DNA of 42,114 nt, filler included, from an uncultured virus (IMG/VR IMGVR_UViG_2049941000_000086) (12 parts of one record of this genome joined end to end with filler, not necessarily neighbours in it); one strand, 5' to 3'; counted from the first letter of the whole stretch, positions 1 through 8,246 are shown. Translations and numbers: made by a program. Notes: generated by a model from the sequence alone, not told the origin.

Positions 1-355
1 CGCCGAAGGTAATGCCGCCCTTGCGGAAGTTCGCCCAAGCCCGAATCATAATCTCACGCAGGTTATACATTTTACGCCCTCCTTAATCAATCTTGGTGAA
101 GTACAGTTCCGTCTTCATCTCCACCAATTCGTCATGTGCAACCTCAATCGCATCTCGGATGTCACTGAATCGGTTTCCGTCTTCTTCCGTGTCCATAAAG
201 TTGATTACCAACTTCAGGAGGCTTTCGGCTTTGTGCGTGTGCATCATCATTTTTGAGGTGTCCATGTAACCTGTCTCCTTTTTATTGAGGGAGGAAGCCG
301 CGTTCGGGAGGGCATGAGTCTCTAGCCTCTTGGCATTTCTTTCAAGCTCTTTCAA

Positions 356-455
356 NNNNNNNNNNNNNNNNNNNNNNNNNNNNNNNNNNNNNNNNNNNNT
401 TAATTAATTAANNNNNNNNNNNNNNNNNNNNNNNNNNNNNNNNNNNNNNNNNNNN
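356..455. other. Artificial contig linker (N-TTAATTAATTAA-N); also at 1359-1458, 3421-3520, 5315-5414, 7043-7142, 9443-9542, 18307-18406, 20123-20222, 22384-22483, 23827-23926, 26421-26520
   Basis: Identical 100-nt N-flanked spacer with stop codons in all six frames, seen 11 times; adjacency across linkers is not biological. Confidence 0.97.
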
Positions 456-575
456 CACATCTCCGGCCTGAAGGTCTATGAGAAGCCGAGGGAATTGAGC
501 GAGTTCGGTTTAACGAGAGCACCGCAAAGTTGGGAATTCCTGGAGGAGAAAGATGCCAACGTCGAGGAAGAATAA
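456..575 (+). CDS. C-terminal fragment of an ASCH/PUA-like phage protein (partial)
   Basis: Reads HISGLKVYEKPRELSEFGLTRAPQSWEFLEE...*, matching the typical WHISxLxxYxxPxxLSEF...RxPQSW tail. Confidence 0.55.
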   Translation, partial: HISGLKVYEKPRELSEFGLTRAPQSWEFLEEKDANVEEE

Positions 576-639
576 GCATGGTTCCGGGAAAGTTCGGAAG
601 CCGAAGCCGCTGGTGTACGAGCCTACCTACTCATCCGCT
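553..639 (+). CDS. Hypothetical phage protein, N-terminus only (homologue of 38057-38467)
   Basis: GGAGG RBS; MPTSRKNKHGSGKVRKPKPLVYEP vs MPKSKKAKHGSGKPHKPKSLTYDP; runs into an N gap. Confidence 0.7.
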
Positions 640-1212
640 NNNNNNNNNNNNNNNNNNNNNNNNNNNNNNNNNNNNNNNNNNNNNNNNNNNNNNNNNNNNN
701 NNNNNNNNNNNNNNNNNNNNNNNNNNNNNNNNNNNNNNNNNNNNNNNNNNNNNNNNNNNNNNNNNNNNNNNNNNNNNNNNNNNNNNNNNNNNNNNNNNNN
801 NNNNNNNNNNNNNNNNNNNNNNNNNNNNNNNNNNNNNNNNNNNNNNNNNNNNNNNNNNNNNNNNNNNNNNNNNNNNNNNNNNNNNNNNNNNNNNNNNNNN
901 NNNNNNNNNNNNNNNNNNNNNNNNNNNNNNNNNNNNNNNNNNNNNNNNNNNNNNNNNNNNNNNNNNNNNNNNNNNNNNNNNNNNNNNNNNNNNNNNNNNN
1001 NNNNNNNNNNNNNNNNNNNNNNNNNNNNNNNNNNNNNNNNNNNNNNNNNNNNNNNNNNNNNNNNNNNNNNNNNNNNNNNNNNNNNNNNNNNNNNNNNNNN
1101 NNNNNNNNNNNNNNNNNNNNNNNNNNNNNNNNNNNNNNNNNNNNNNNNNNNNNNNNNNNNNNNNNNNNNNNNNNNNNNNNNNNNNNNNNNNNNNNNNNNN
1201 NNNNNNNNNNNN

Positions 1213-1290
1213 ATGGAAGGGTGCGCTACACTTCAAGGCAACCATTCAAATGCACAAAGAAGTGTGACAGCCGGAAAAAGACCGGCATCT
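1213..1290 (+). ncRNA. Candidate structured RNA motif ending in a GCCGG-AAAAAGA-CCGGC hairpin
   Basis: ACACTTC/GAAGTGT, GTGCG/TGCAC and GCCGG/CCGGC complementary segments; no convincing ORF. Confidence 0.35.
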
Positions 1291-1300
1291 CCCTGACAGA

Positions 1301-1358
1301 AAAGTAGGGTTGGGCACACCCGAACTTAACGCTCGTGGAGAATACGTAAGACCCAGAT
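1301..1358 (+). ncRNA. TnpB omegaRNA-like (IS200/IS605/IS607 right-end-like) segment, truncated by contig end
   Basis: GGGTTGGGCACACCCGAACTTAACGCTCGTGGAGAATACGTAAGACC translates as VGLGTPELNARGEYVRP, resembling the TnpB C-terminal tail that overlaps the omegaRNA; in-frame stop at 1265-1267. Confidence 0.45.
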
Positions 1359-1458
1359 NNNNNNNNNNNNNNNNNNNNNNNNNNNNNNNNNNNNNNNNNN
1401 NNTTAATTAATTAANNNNNNNNNNNNNNNNNNNNNNNNNNNNNNNNNNNNNNNNNNNN

Positions 1459-1680
1459 CGCCCCCGTCCTTTCTAGCCGTGAGAAGCGCAACTGGCCGTC
1501 TAGCGCTGCATCGCAAGATGTCCGTTCGGTGGAGACCCCGAACGATTCGGCTGCATGGTGAGTCCAGGTACGGATTCCATGCGTGTACCTCCTTCGGAAG
1601 TGTTGAGAAGCGATGGCCCAACATATCGCTGCGGCGGAACAGTTCTGCCGTCCGTGGGGTGATGATTCCTCACGATGCGG
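1459..1680 (+). ncRNA. Candidate structured ncRNA (four-way junction, two tandem pseudoknots, two hairpins); may be 5'-truncated
   Basis: Helices 1475-79/1548-52, 1485-89/1503-07, 1508-12/1517-21 (GCAA loop), 1523-29/1538-44; pseudoknots at 1553-1590 and 1601-1630; hairpins at 1631-51 and 1653-74. Confidence 0.5.
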
Positions 1681-1707
1681 CCCCTTCTATTAAGGCGGAG
1701 GAAAGCT

Positions 1708-1788
1708 ATGGCTGTTGTTGCGTGGTTCTTCGGTGGAATTCTACTGGGCGTGATAGTCACCGCGTCGATTGCATCTCGTAAGAAGTGA
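1708..1788 (+). CDS. 26-aa single-TM peptide MAVVAWFFGGILLGVIVTASIASRKK
   Basis: GGAGG RBS upstream of ATG; hydrophobic helix with basic tail; below the ORF-track length cutoff. Confidence 0.55.
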   Translation: MAVVAWFFGGILLGVIVTASIASRKK

Positions 1789-1791
1789 TAT

Positions 1792-1868
1792 GTACCCGTA
1801 GCTCAGTAGGAAAGAGCGGCTGACTCATAATCAGCGGGTCGGGGGTTCAAAGCCCTCCGGGTACACCA
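1792..1868 (+). tRNA. tRNA with CAT anticodon (non-initiator; Ile2 or elongator Met)
   Basis: Acceptor GTACCCG/CGGGTAC, D-arm GCTC/GAGC, anticodon arm GCTGA-CTCATAA-TCAGC, T-loop TTCAAAG, encoded CCA; G1-C72 pair; C4:G69 and C5:G68. Confidence 0.92.
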
Positions 1869-1889
1869 TTCCTCCGTGGNNNNNNNNNN

Positions 1890-2226
1890 TGATAATTACT
1901 ATGCGTCAAAAGACGGAGAGATATTGTCACTTTCCAAGAATTACCCAAAGATAATGAAAAAAATGGAGACCCACGACGGGCATGAATATGTGTTTTTATA
2001 TCGGAGTAATCAACAACACAAAATGTTCGTTCACCGGGCGGTACTAAGCGCATGGGTTGGGACAGATAGCCGAAATCCTCTCTGTTTACACGCAGACGAT
2101 AACCCAAAGAATAATAACATCGAAAACCTTAGATGGGGAACTCACAAAGACAACTCTGATGATAAGAGGAAAAACAGGGGATATCCAGTCGGTGAATTCG
2201 CTCCAGGAGCAAAATTGAAAGAACGC
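1890..2226 (+). CDS. HNH (NUMOD4/HNH_3-type) homing endonuclease, both ends in gaps
   Basis: YYASKDGEILS...FVHRAVLSAWVG...CLHADDNPKNNNIENLRWGTHKDN; AT-rich relative to neighbours. Confidence 0.85.
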
Positions 2227-2248
2227 NNNNNNNNNNTTGTGGATATTT

Positions 2249-2322
2249 GGGGGCATAGCGTAGTGGCAGCGCAGGCGGCTTTGACCCGCGATGTGTAGGT
2301 TCGATTCCTACTGCTCCTGCCA
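2249..2322 (+). tRNA. tRNA-Gln(TTG)
   Basis: GGGGGCA/TGCTCCT acceptor, anticodon loop CT-TTG-AC, GTAGG-TTCGATT-CCTAC T-arm, G discriminator, encoded CCA. Confidence 0.88.
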
Positions 2323-2395
2323 AGGGGGAAAGCTTGAAGGAAAGGTGGTGTAGGCTCGATAGATAACGAAAAGATAGATTGGGTNNNNNNNNNNA

Positions 2396-2596
2396 GCTGC
2401 ATCCGGTGGAAACCTTGAGCACTTCAGAAAGACCGAGGATGTTCAGGTGGCGTTGGATATGTACTCAGTAATCCGAAACTTCTTCTGGCACCAGCTCCCG
2501 GAGGACAAGCGGGAAACTTGGACGGTAGATGCAGACCCCGTATACATTTGGGGTTCAGAACCGAAGATTACCGTGGAGAAGCGCGATGGAGAGTGA
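2396..2596 (+). CDS. Hypothetical protein, C-terminal part (start in gap)
   Basis: Open frame AASGGNLEHF...KITVEKRDGE* overlapping the start of the next ORF. Confidence 0.5.
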   Translation, partial: AASGGNLEHFRKTEDVQVALDMYSVIRNFFWHQLPEDKRETWTVDADPVYIWGSEPKITVEKRDGE

Positions 2597-2918
2597 CGTT
2601 CCATCCTACCGGAAAAAGAAACCTAGCGGCAAAAGCAAGAGCGAAAAGAGAAGTGACCACAAGCACGAGTACGAAACTTGCATAGTGAAGTACGTCTTCT
2701 TTAACTGGGGACAACGATGCAAGGTTTGTGGGAGAATCAAGACAGACTGGCAGAGGTCAGACCGGGAACTGATTAAGCCTGAGTTCCAACACGTTCGTAG
2801 CTTCTCTTTGGACTATTACCTTCCGGTCAAGGAAATGCGAAGTAAGTTCCCTGGGGTTAAGGTTATCGAACAATACTTGGAAGGGCACGACTTCAAAACA
2901 AAGGAGTTGTTCGAGTGA
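2586..2918 (+). CDS. Hypothetical phage protein with HxH and CxxC motifs
   Basis: MESDVPSYRKKK...SDHKHEYETC...RCKVCGRI; GGAG RBS. Confidence 0.7.
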   Translation: MESDVPSYRKKKPSGKSKSEKRSDHKHEYETCIVKYVFFNWGQRCKVCGRIKTDWQRSDRELIKPEFQHVRSFSLDYYLPVKEMRSKFPGVKVIEQYLEGHDFKTKELFE

Positions 2919-2954
2919 AGGTGGTGATGCCCAGTGGTCGGTAANNNNNNNNNN

Positions 2955-3262
2955 ACGGCAAATACCGTAGTAGTGGAGAAGTCGGATGGCGTAGGAAGTC
3001 CTGAACGAACGTCCCCAAGCCCCGATGATTGTGAATGCGGAACGAGCCAGCGTCCCAAAAGCGGGGATTTCATCAATGGTATCGCAGAGTGGATGATGCG
3101 ATTAAAAAATATCGACCATCCCCCACACGTAGGGAAGCTGAAACACTGTCGGCGATGTGGGGTGAATCCTATAGCCCTTGGCTCAAATGGACTATGCGTG
3201 AATGGGAGAAGTCCCTAAAAAGAGCCTGAAACGCTAGGTTGACAATCGGGAATAGACCGATA
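2955..3262 (+). ncRNA. Candidate large structured ncRNA immediately upstream of tRNA-Ser
   Basis: Nested helices ATGGT/ACCAT (3076/3115), ATCGCA/TGCGAT (3081/3097), CCCCACA/TGTGGGG (3121/3156) and several short hairpins; overlapping ORFs look spurious. Confidence 0.45.
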
Positions 3263-3265
3263 CAT

Positions 3266-3353
3266 GGAGAGGTAAGCCTAACTGGTAAGGCAGCGGTCTT
3301 GAAAATCGCCAGTAAGGCGCAAGCCTGTGTGAGTTCGAATCTCACCCTCTTCG
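3266..3353 (+). tRNA. tRNA-Ser(TGA), CCA not encoded
   Basis: GGAGAGG/CCTCTTC acceptor, GCGGT-CTTGAAA-ATCGC anticodon arm, long variable arm with GCAA loop, GTGAG-TTCGAAT-CTCAC, G73. Confidence 0.92.
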
Positions 3354-3358
3354 TGAAT

Positions 3359-3420
3359 GCCAAGGTAGCTCAGTGGTAGAGCTTGGAGTGCTCCCTGAAA
3401 CAACGGGATACAACCTGACA
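3359..3420 (+). other. tRNA-like 5' half with non-canonical continuation, truncated
   Basis: GCCAAGG-TA-GCTC-AGTGGTA-GAGC is a perfect acceptor 5' strand plus D-arm, but no normal anticodon or T arm follows. Confidence 0.45.
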
Positions 3421-3520
3421 NNNNNNNNNNNNNNNNNNNNNNNNNNNNNNNNNNNNNNNNNNNNTTAATTAATTAANNNNNNNNNNNNNNNNNNNNNNNN
3501 NNNNNNNNNNNNNNNNNNNN

Positions 3521-4077
3521 CCTTCCATCGGTATCGGATGGATATTCCGAGTAAGTGGACAAAGCAAAGGAACATCTTCGTGTGTTCTATGGCAGACCTG
3601 TTCGGACGCTGGGTTCCTGACGAGTGGATTACTGAAGTCTTCAAAGCCTGTGTACCACCGCATAGATACCTGTTCCTCACAAAGAATCCACAGCGGTATT
3701 GGGATTTGTACGAGGCCGGGTTGATGCCGGAGGACAGGAAGAATATGTGGTTCGGTACTACTGTCACAACCGCCGAATCTCCCTTCTTCTACATCGAGGG
3801 CACTGCTGATGTTGGCAAAGACCATAACGGCTTCCTTAGCATCGAGCCTATGCTGTCCGATTTTGAGGTCAAGGATTTGACATTCACCGGCATCAAATGG
3901 GTCATCATCGGTGCCGAAACCGGCAACCGCAAGGGCAAGGTAGTCCCTAAGAAAGAATGGGTAGACCACCTTCTCGAATCGTGTGATTGGAGCGGTATCA
4001 AGGTCTTTATGAAGGAGTCGATGGTTCCGATAGTCGGCGAAGAAAATATGCGCAGGGAATTCCCCTGGGAGGATTAA
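3521..4077 (+). CDS. DUF5131 (phage Gp37/Gp68-like) protein, 5' truncated
   Basis: IFVCSMADLF..VPDEWI..VF..HRYLFLTKNPQR..FLSIEPML..WVIIGAETG..VFMK signature. Confidence 0.88.
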
Positions 4078-4078
4078 G

Positions 4079-4513
4079 ATGGCACGTCAACTAACCTGTC
4101 CTTACTGCAAGAAGGAGTTCCCCTACGACAACGGTGCGGTTGATGCTGAAATTCACAAGCTTGGTGTACGCATGGCGCAGCTCAACAAACGGTTAAGTGA
4201 AATTAAGGCAAATCCAAACAAGACTTACGCCACAAAAAAGGAACGGGACAATTTAGCCGCAGAGTTGAATTCAAGAAAGGAACGGATGGCAGAGCTGAAA
4301 GGCATTCGTAAGGCCGCAGACCAGCAAATAAACGCCTATTCCTTTCAAATCTTCAAAGAAATCGTCAAGGACAAATACGGGGTTGAAGAGTACAAAAGAA
4401 TCCTTGCTCAGGTAGAGGAAGAACTTCAAGCCTATCAAGCAAGCGGGTTAATGCGACATGAATACACCCGCTCTCCCCACAGGCAGAATATCACCAGCTC
4501 CAACAAAGTTTAG
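4079..4513 (+). CDS. Hypothetical protein (N-terminal CPYC, coiled coil)
   Basis: 144-aa ORF with GGAGG RBS, directly after DUF5131. Confidence 0.75.
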   Translation: MARQLTCPYCKKEFPYDNGAVDAEIHKLGVRMAQLNKRLSEIKANPNKTYATKKERDNLAAELNSRKERMAELKGIRKAADQQINAYSFQIFKEIVKDKYGVEEYKRILAQVEEELQAYQASGLMRHEYTRSPHRQNITSSNKV

Positions 4514-4516
4514 GGG

Positions 4517-4652
4517 GTGAGTACAATAAACATTCTCACGGTAAAGCAGGCGGCGGAGAAACTGCAAGTCTCAGCCACAGTCGTATATGCCCTGTGCAAG
4601 AAGCCGGACTTTCCTGCTATGCGTATCGGGACTATCATACGAATTCCCGAAG
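4517..4652 (+). CDS. Excisionase-like HTH_17 DNA-binding protein (partial; ends in gap)
   Basis: ILTVKQAAEKLQVSATVVYALCKKPDFPAMRIGTIIRIP. Confidence 0.8.
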
Positions 4653-5624
4653 NNNNNNNNNNCAACCAGCTTGCCGTGCCTCCCAGGGAGGTCGTGAAGA
4701 TGGCAACCATCTCCGCGCCTGACGTTCCAGATTTCTTCGTCGGTGAACTCACAGCAGTTGGTGTCCTTGTCGGCATCGTAGTACCGATAGTTGCATTGGC
4801 TACAGGTCGGAGGGATTTCCCTCCCCAACACTACAAAGCTCATTTTTCTTCCTCCTCATATAAAAGTTTTTTGAGCCTTTTTGCACACTCCGGGCAAATT
4901 ACCATTATCCCGAACTCAATGCTTCTGAACCTCCCACAGATTTGACAGGAATATCCGAGGGTTGCAGAACTGCTTCCACTAGAAAGCGGGCCTGTATTGG
5001 CTTTGGTGACTTGCTCCATTATTCCTCCTCCACAATCGTAGGGGCTTGGTCTATCTTCTCTATCAACCACTTCACCCCATCATCAAACGTGTCGTTGCTC
5101 GCACCGGGGATAACGCAGTAGCCGATAACCTCAAATTGACCGGCATCTATCAAGCGTCCGTGCTTCTCAGGAAGTTGCCCCATAGGGCACCAGTCCACTC
5201 GCTTTCCATAACGGGTAGCGCCTGTAGGTCTTCCTTTGCTCGCAAGGCAATGGGCTTCTTCGTAGTCGCAGAAGGGACAGGAATAACAGTTCTCCGGGAC
5301 ATCAATTCCTCTGANNNNNNNNNNNNNNNNNNNNNNNNNNNNNNNNNNNNNNNNNNNNTTAATTAATTAANNNNNNNNNNNNNNNNNNNNNNNNNNNNNN
5401 NNNNNNNNNNNNNNACTCGGAGTGCTCTTCTCCGCCAACTCATTCAGTTGGTCGTACAGGGAGTAAATTTGGTCGAATTCCTCACGCTCCAGCTCACCAG
5501 CCATCATCAGCTTCATCATTTCGGTGTGAACTGCATTCAGCTTGGAAATCGCGCTCTGAATGGTATCAAACTTTTCCTGACGGCTCATTTTCAGCACTCC
5601 CTTGTCTTTCGTTCTGACACCATC

Positions 5625-5653
5625 AATGTACCATATTTATTTGCATTTGTCAA
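5625..5653 (-). promoter_or_regulatory. Sigma-A-type promoter for the minus-strand ORF starting at 5597
   Basis: Minus strand TTGACA-N17-TACATT with TGn extended -10 and an AT-rich upstream tract. Confidence 0.65.
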
Positions 5654-5995
5654 GTGTTTCTTTGATTATTTTCAAGGAAATTCCTTATTTTTTGTAGCTT
5701 TCCACCTTGGCGAGCTTTTGCCGCTTTACCTTAAACGTCTTTCCGCAGTACACGCATTTCCACACAAAGTTTCCGTTCCAGAACACGGNNNNNNNNNNCT
5801 CCGAATCATCTCCCATCCTTTTTAAGAACTCTGAATACGCGGCATCCACCGTCATGTACTGTCCGCTGTCCCTTGAATACACGATGTTCTCTTTTGAACC
5901 CTTGACTTCTTGGCGGAAATAGTACTGTTTACCCCACCAAGTACTAGAAATCAGCAGGAACATATCCCACTGTCCTCGTTCATAGTCGCTCATAG

Positions 5996-6349
5996 TCACC
6001 CCTTGATTTTGGCAATAGCTTCTACGATGTAGTCCACGGCTTCCTTCAGCGTATCCACAGACCATCCGACGTTTTCTACAGTAGCGGTTTTGGCAACCAG
6101 CATGGCAATCAAGGTCTCCTTATTGGGGATGAACACTGATGCAACTATTCCTACGACGGCAACAACCAATACAGTGATTCGCTGACCTTTGAGATAGTCT
6201 TTACCTTCATCTTCGTGATACACCCAGTACATAAGCCAAACGGTAATTGACGCAAGTCCCCCTAAGATAGCGCACACTGCCATAACGGTTCGGAGAGTGT
6301 CCAGTACGTTAATCCAGTAGAACACCTTCGGGTCAATAAGGTAAGTCAT
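5996..6349 (-). CDS. Phage membrane protein (2 TM)
   Basis: 117 aa with two hydrophobic stretches; IDPKVFYWINV...FIPNKETLIAMLVAK pattern common in Bacillota phages. Confidence 0.75.
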   Translation of the reverse strand: MTYLIDPKVFYWINVLDTLRTVMAVCAILGGLASITVWLMYWVYHEDEGKDYLKGQRITVLVVAVVGIVASVFIPNKETLIAMLVAKTATVENVGWSVDTLKEAVDYIVEAIAKIKG

Positions 6350-6647
6350 GTGCCTCTCCTTTCAGCCAGTCGAGCCATTCCGAAACCGTGGGCTTTGTGG
6401 ATATATGGTCTGAGAACCCACCTTTCTCGGCTATCTCATTCTCAACGTAGGTTTGCTTATTTGCGAAAAATTCAGCCAATTCCTCGTCCGTCATGGCACG
6501 GAGGCAGTCCGCTTTGCTGGGGACGTAGACAGCTTTGCCCACAATCTTCGCACCCATGCAAACATTTCCATTGTGTTCGATTCTTACGGGAATGAATGTC
6601 CCGCTGTCCGGCAGCTTCATCCCGTCAATCCGTATGCGTATGCTCAC
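6333..6647 (-). CDS. Hypothetical phage protein
   Basis: ADCLRAMTDEELAEFF...WLDWLK motif; overlaps neighbouring genes. Confidence 0.7.
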   Translation of the reverse strand: MSIRIRIDGMKLPDSGTFIPVRIEHNGNVCMGAKIVGKAVYVPSKADCLRAMTDEELAEFFANKQTYVENEIAEKGGFSDHISTKPTVSEWLDWLKGEAHDLPY

Positions 6648-7036
6648 TCGTCCTCCTTCGGCTCATATACCTCGCACCTACAGGTTTCGGGGTTATCTCC
6701 AACCATCCATATCGCCTTGCCCTCGTCGGCAAACGCCATGCAGATGTGTCCGTCCATCAGTGTGTGCGTGCAGCCTTTACCGGAATAGTCGTATTTCTCC
6801 AACGGGTAGTTCTTTTTGCAGTTGGCGCAGCACATCTTCTTGACGATGGTATAGATGCTTACGCTTTCCCAATCCTTCCCAAGCGCCCTGACCTCACGGT
6901 ATAGCGCCTCGAATTCCTCGTCCATCTCACTGATAGAAACCAGAGCGTCGTAGTGCAGCTCCGCGTTCATCACCGCTTCGCCCACAGTTTCCAGACCGCA
7001 GGCATCGGCCAGCTCGCAAACTTGTTTCAGTGTCAT
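6644..7036 (-). CDS. Hypothetical Cys-rich phage protein
   Basis: 130-aa ORF coupled to the next gene by an ATGA overlap. Confidence 0.7.
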   Translation of the reverse strand: MTLKQVCELADACGLETVGEAVMNAELHYDALVSISEMDEEFEALYREVRALGKDWESVSIYTIVKKMCCANCKKNYPLEKYDYSGKGCTHTLMDGHICMAFADEGKAIWMVGDNPETCRCEVYEPKEDE

Positions 7037-7699
7037 GCCATCNNNNNNNNNNNNNNNNNNNNNNNNNNNNNNNNNNNNNNNNNNNNTTAATTAATTAANN
7101 NNNNNNNNNNNNNNNNNNNNNNNNNNNNNNNNNNNNNNNNNNGCGCTCTCATACACGGCAGTTACCGTCTTCTCCAAATCTCCGTTTCTCGCTCTGTCAT
7201 AGCCAAGCCCTTCGAGAATCATCCACGCCGACTTAATGGCTGCTTCCTGCGTCATGTGCTTCTTCATCGTCTCTTACTTTCTCACCGCCATTATCAGATG
7301 TAGCACCCCCAAGGCTATCCAATACCCGCCCAGGCTAACGAATAACCTGAACCATTTTTCTTTCTTTGCGAAGAATGANNNNNNNNNNTAGGAGGCTTTT
7401 GAAACCTTCCACTTTTCACTGTATGGATAAAGCATCAGCTTATAGCCATACGACGTTGCTGACCGCATTCCCTTTGCAGGTATCGAGCCTTGGTAGACAA
7501 AGTATGTCTCATGCCCCGCCCACAGGTTTCGGAATATCGTTCCCTTTTTCATCTTTGTCACCCCTGTACTCGAACTTCTCACAAATTCCCCAGCAGCTTC
7601 CAAGCTCCTNNNNNNNNNNCTCCGGCATCTTCATACCGTAGTGCTGCCAGCTCGTCCAGCAAAAGTGAATACACTCGTAGATACGGTATTTGCGTTCCA

Positions 7700-7903
7700 T
7701 CACATCACCACCGCCAATATCAGGTGAAGCACTCCACAGGCGAGCCAAAACCCACCAAGGCTAACAAAGCATTTGAACCAACGCTCGTTTTTCGCACAGG
7801 TAGAGGCTAGGAATAACAAACATCCCAACGCTACCCAAAAGGCCGCAACCTTCGCGTTTGTATTCCGCCCTTGTATCGTGGAAAACAGAATCTCGGTTAC
7901 CAT
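7700..7903 (-). CDS. Small membrane protein (paralogue family with 7274-7378 and 7911-8066)
   Basis: WFKCFVSLGGFWLACGVLHLILAV vs WFRLFVSLGGYWIALGVLHLIMAV. Confidence 0.6.
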   Translation of the reverse strand: MVTEILFSTIQGRNTNAKVAAFWVALGCLLFLASTCAKNERWFKCFVSLGGFWLACGVLHLILAVVM

Positions 7904-7910
7904 GTTCGCC

Positions 7911-8066
7911 TCACAGTAGATTCGCTATCGCTATCAGGACGCCCAATCCGAGGAACGTTCCACCGACACACACGAGCCTGAACCGGATTTTTTCTTCCTT
8001 CTCCATAAACGGCGCTACGACAAACGCCATGCAGCCGAACAGTGCCAAAAACATCGCCGTAAGCAT
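7911..8066 (-). CDS. 51-aa two-TM membrane protein
   Basis: MLTAMFLALFGCMAFVVAPFMEKEEKIRFRLVCVGGTFLGLGVLIAIANLL; not in the ORF track. Confidence 0.55.
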   Translation of the reverse strand: MLTAMFLALFGCMAFVVAPFMEKEEKIRFRLVCVGGTFLGLGVLIAIANLL

Positions 8067-8246
8067 ATCGTTACCACACGAACTCAGGGTGCGCTTCCAT
8101 GAACGGCTTCACCACTTCGTCAATCGCAGCCTCAGCAACGTCTCTGCTATTGAAATACACAACGCCGTTCGTCTTGCCGTCTTCACAATAAGATACTTTG
8201 AAGCCACAATCCCGCCACCGGCGAATGTGATAATGGNNNNNNNNNN

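Noticed and set aside
1459..1790. tmRNA
   Set aside because: Tandem pseudoknots are suggestive, but there is no tRNA-Ala-like 3' end (T-arm plus CCA) and no tag reading frame
2395..2545. Structured RNA closed by CTGCATC/GATGCAG
   Set aside because: The region has a clean protein-like open frame (2396-2596) coupled to the next gene
4517..4945. 142-aa excisionase with a membrane-like C-terminus
   Set aside because: Sequence after the 4653-4662 gap codes on the minus strand; the ORF is chimeric
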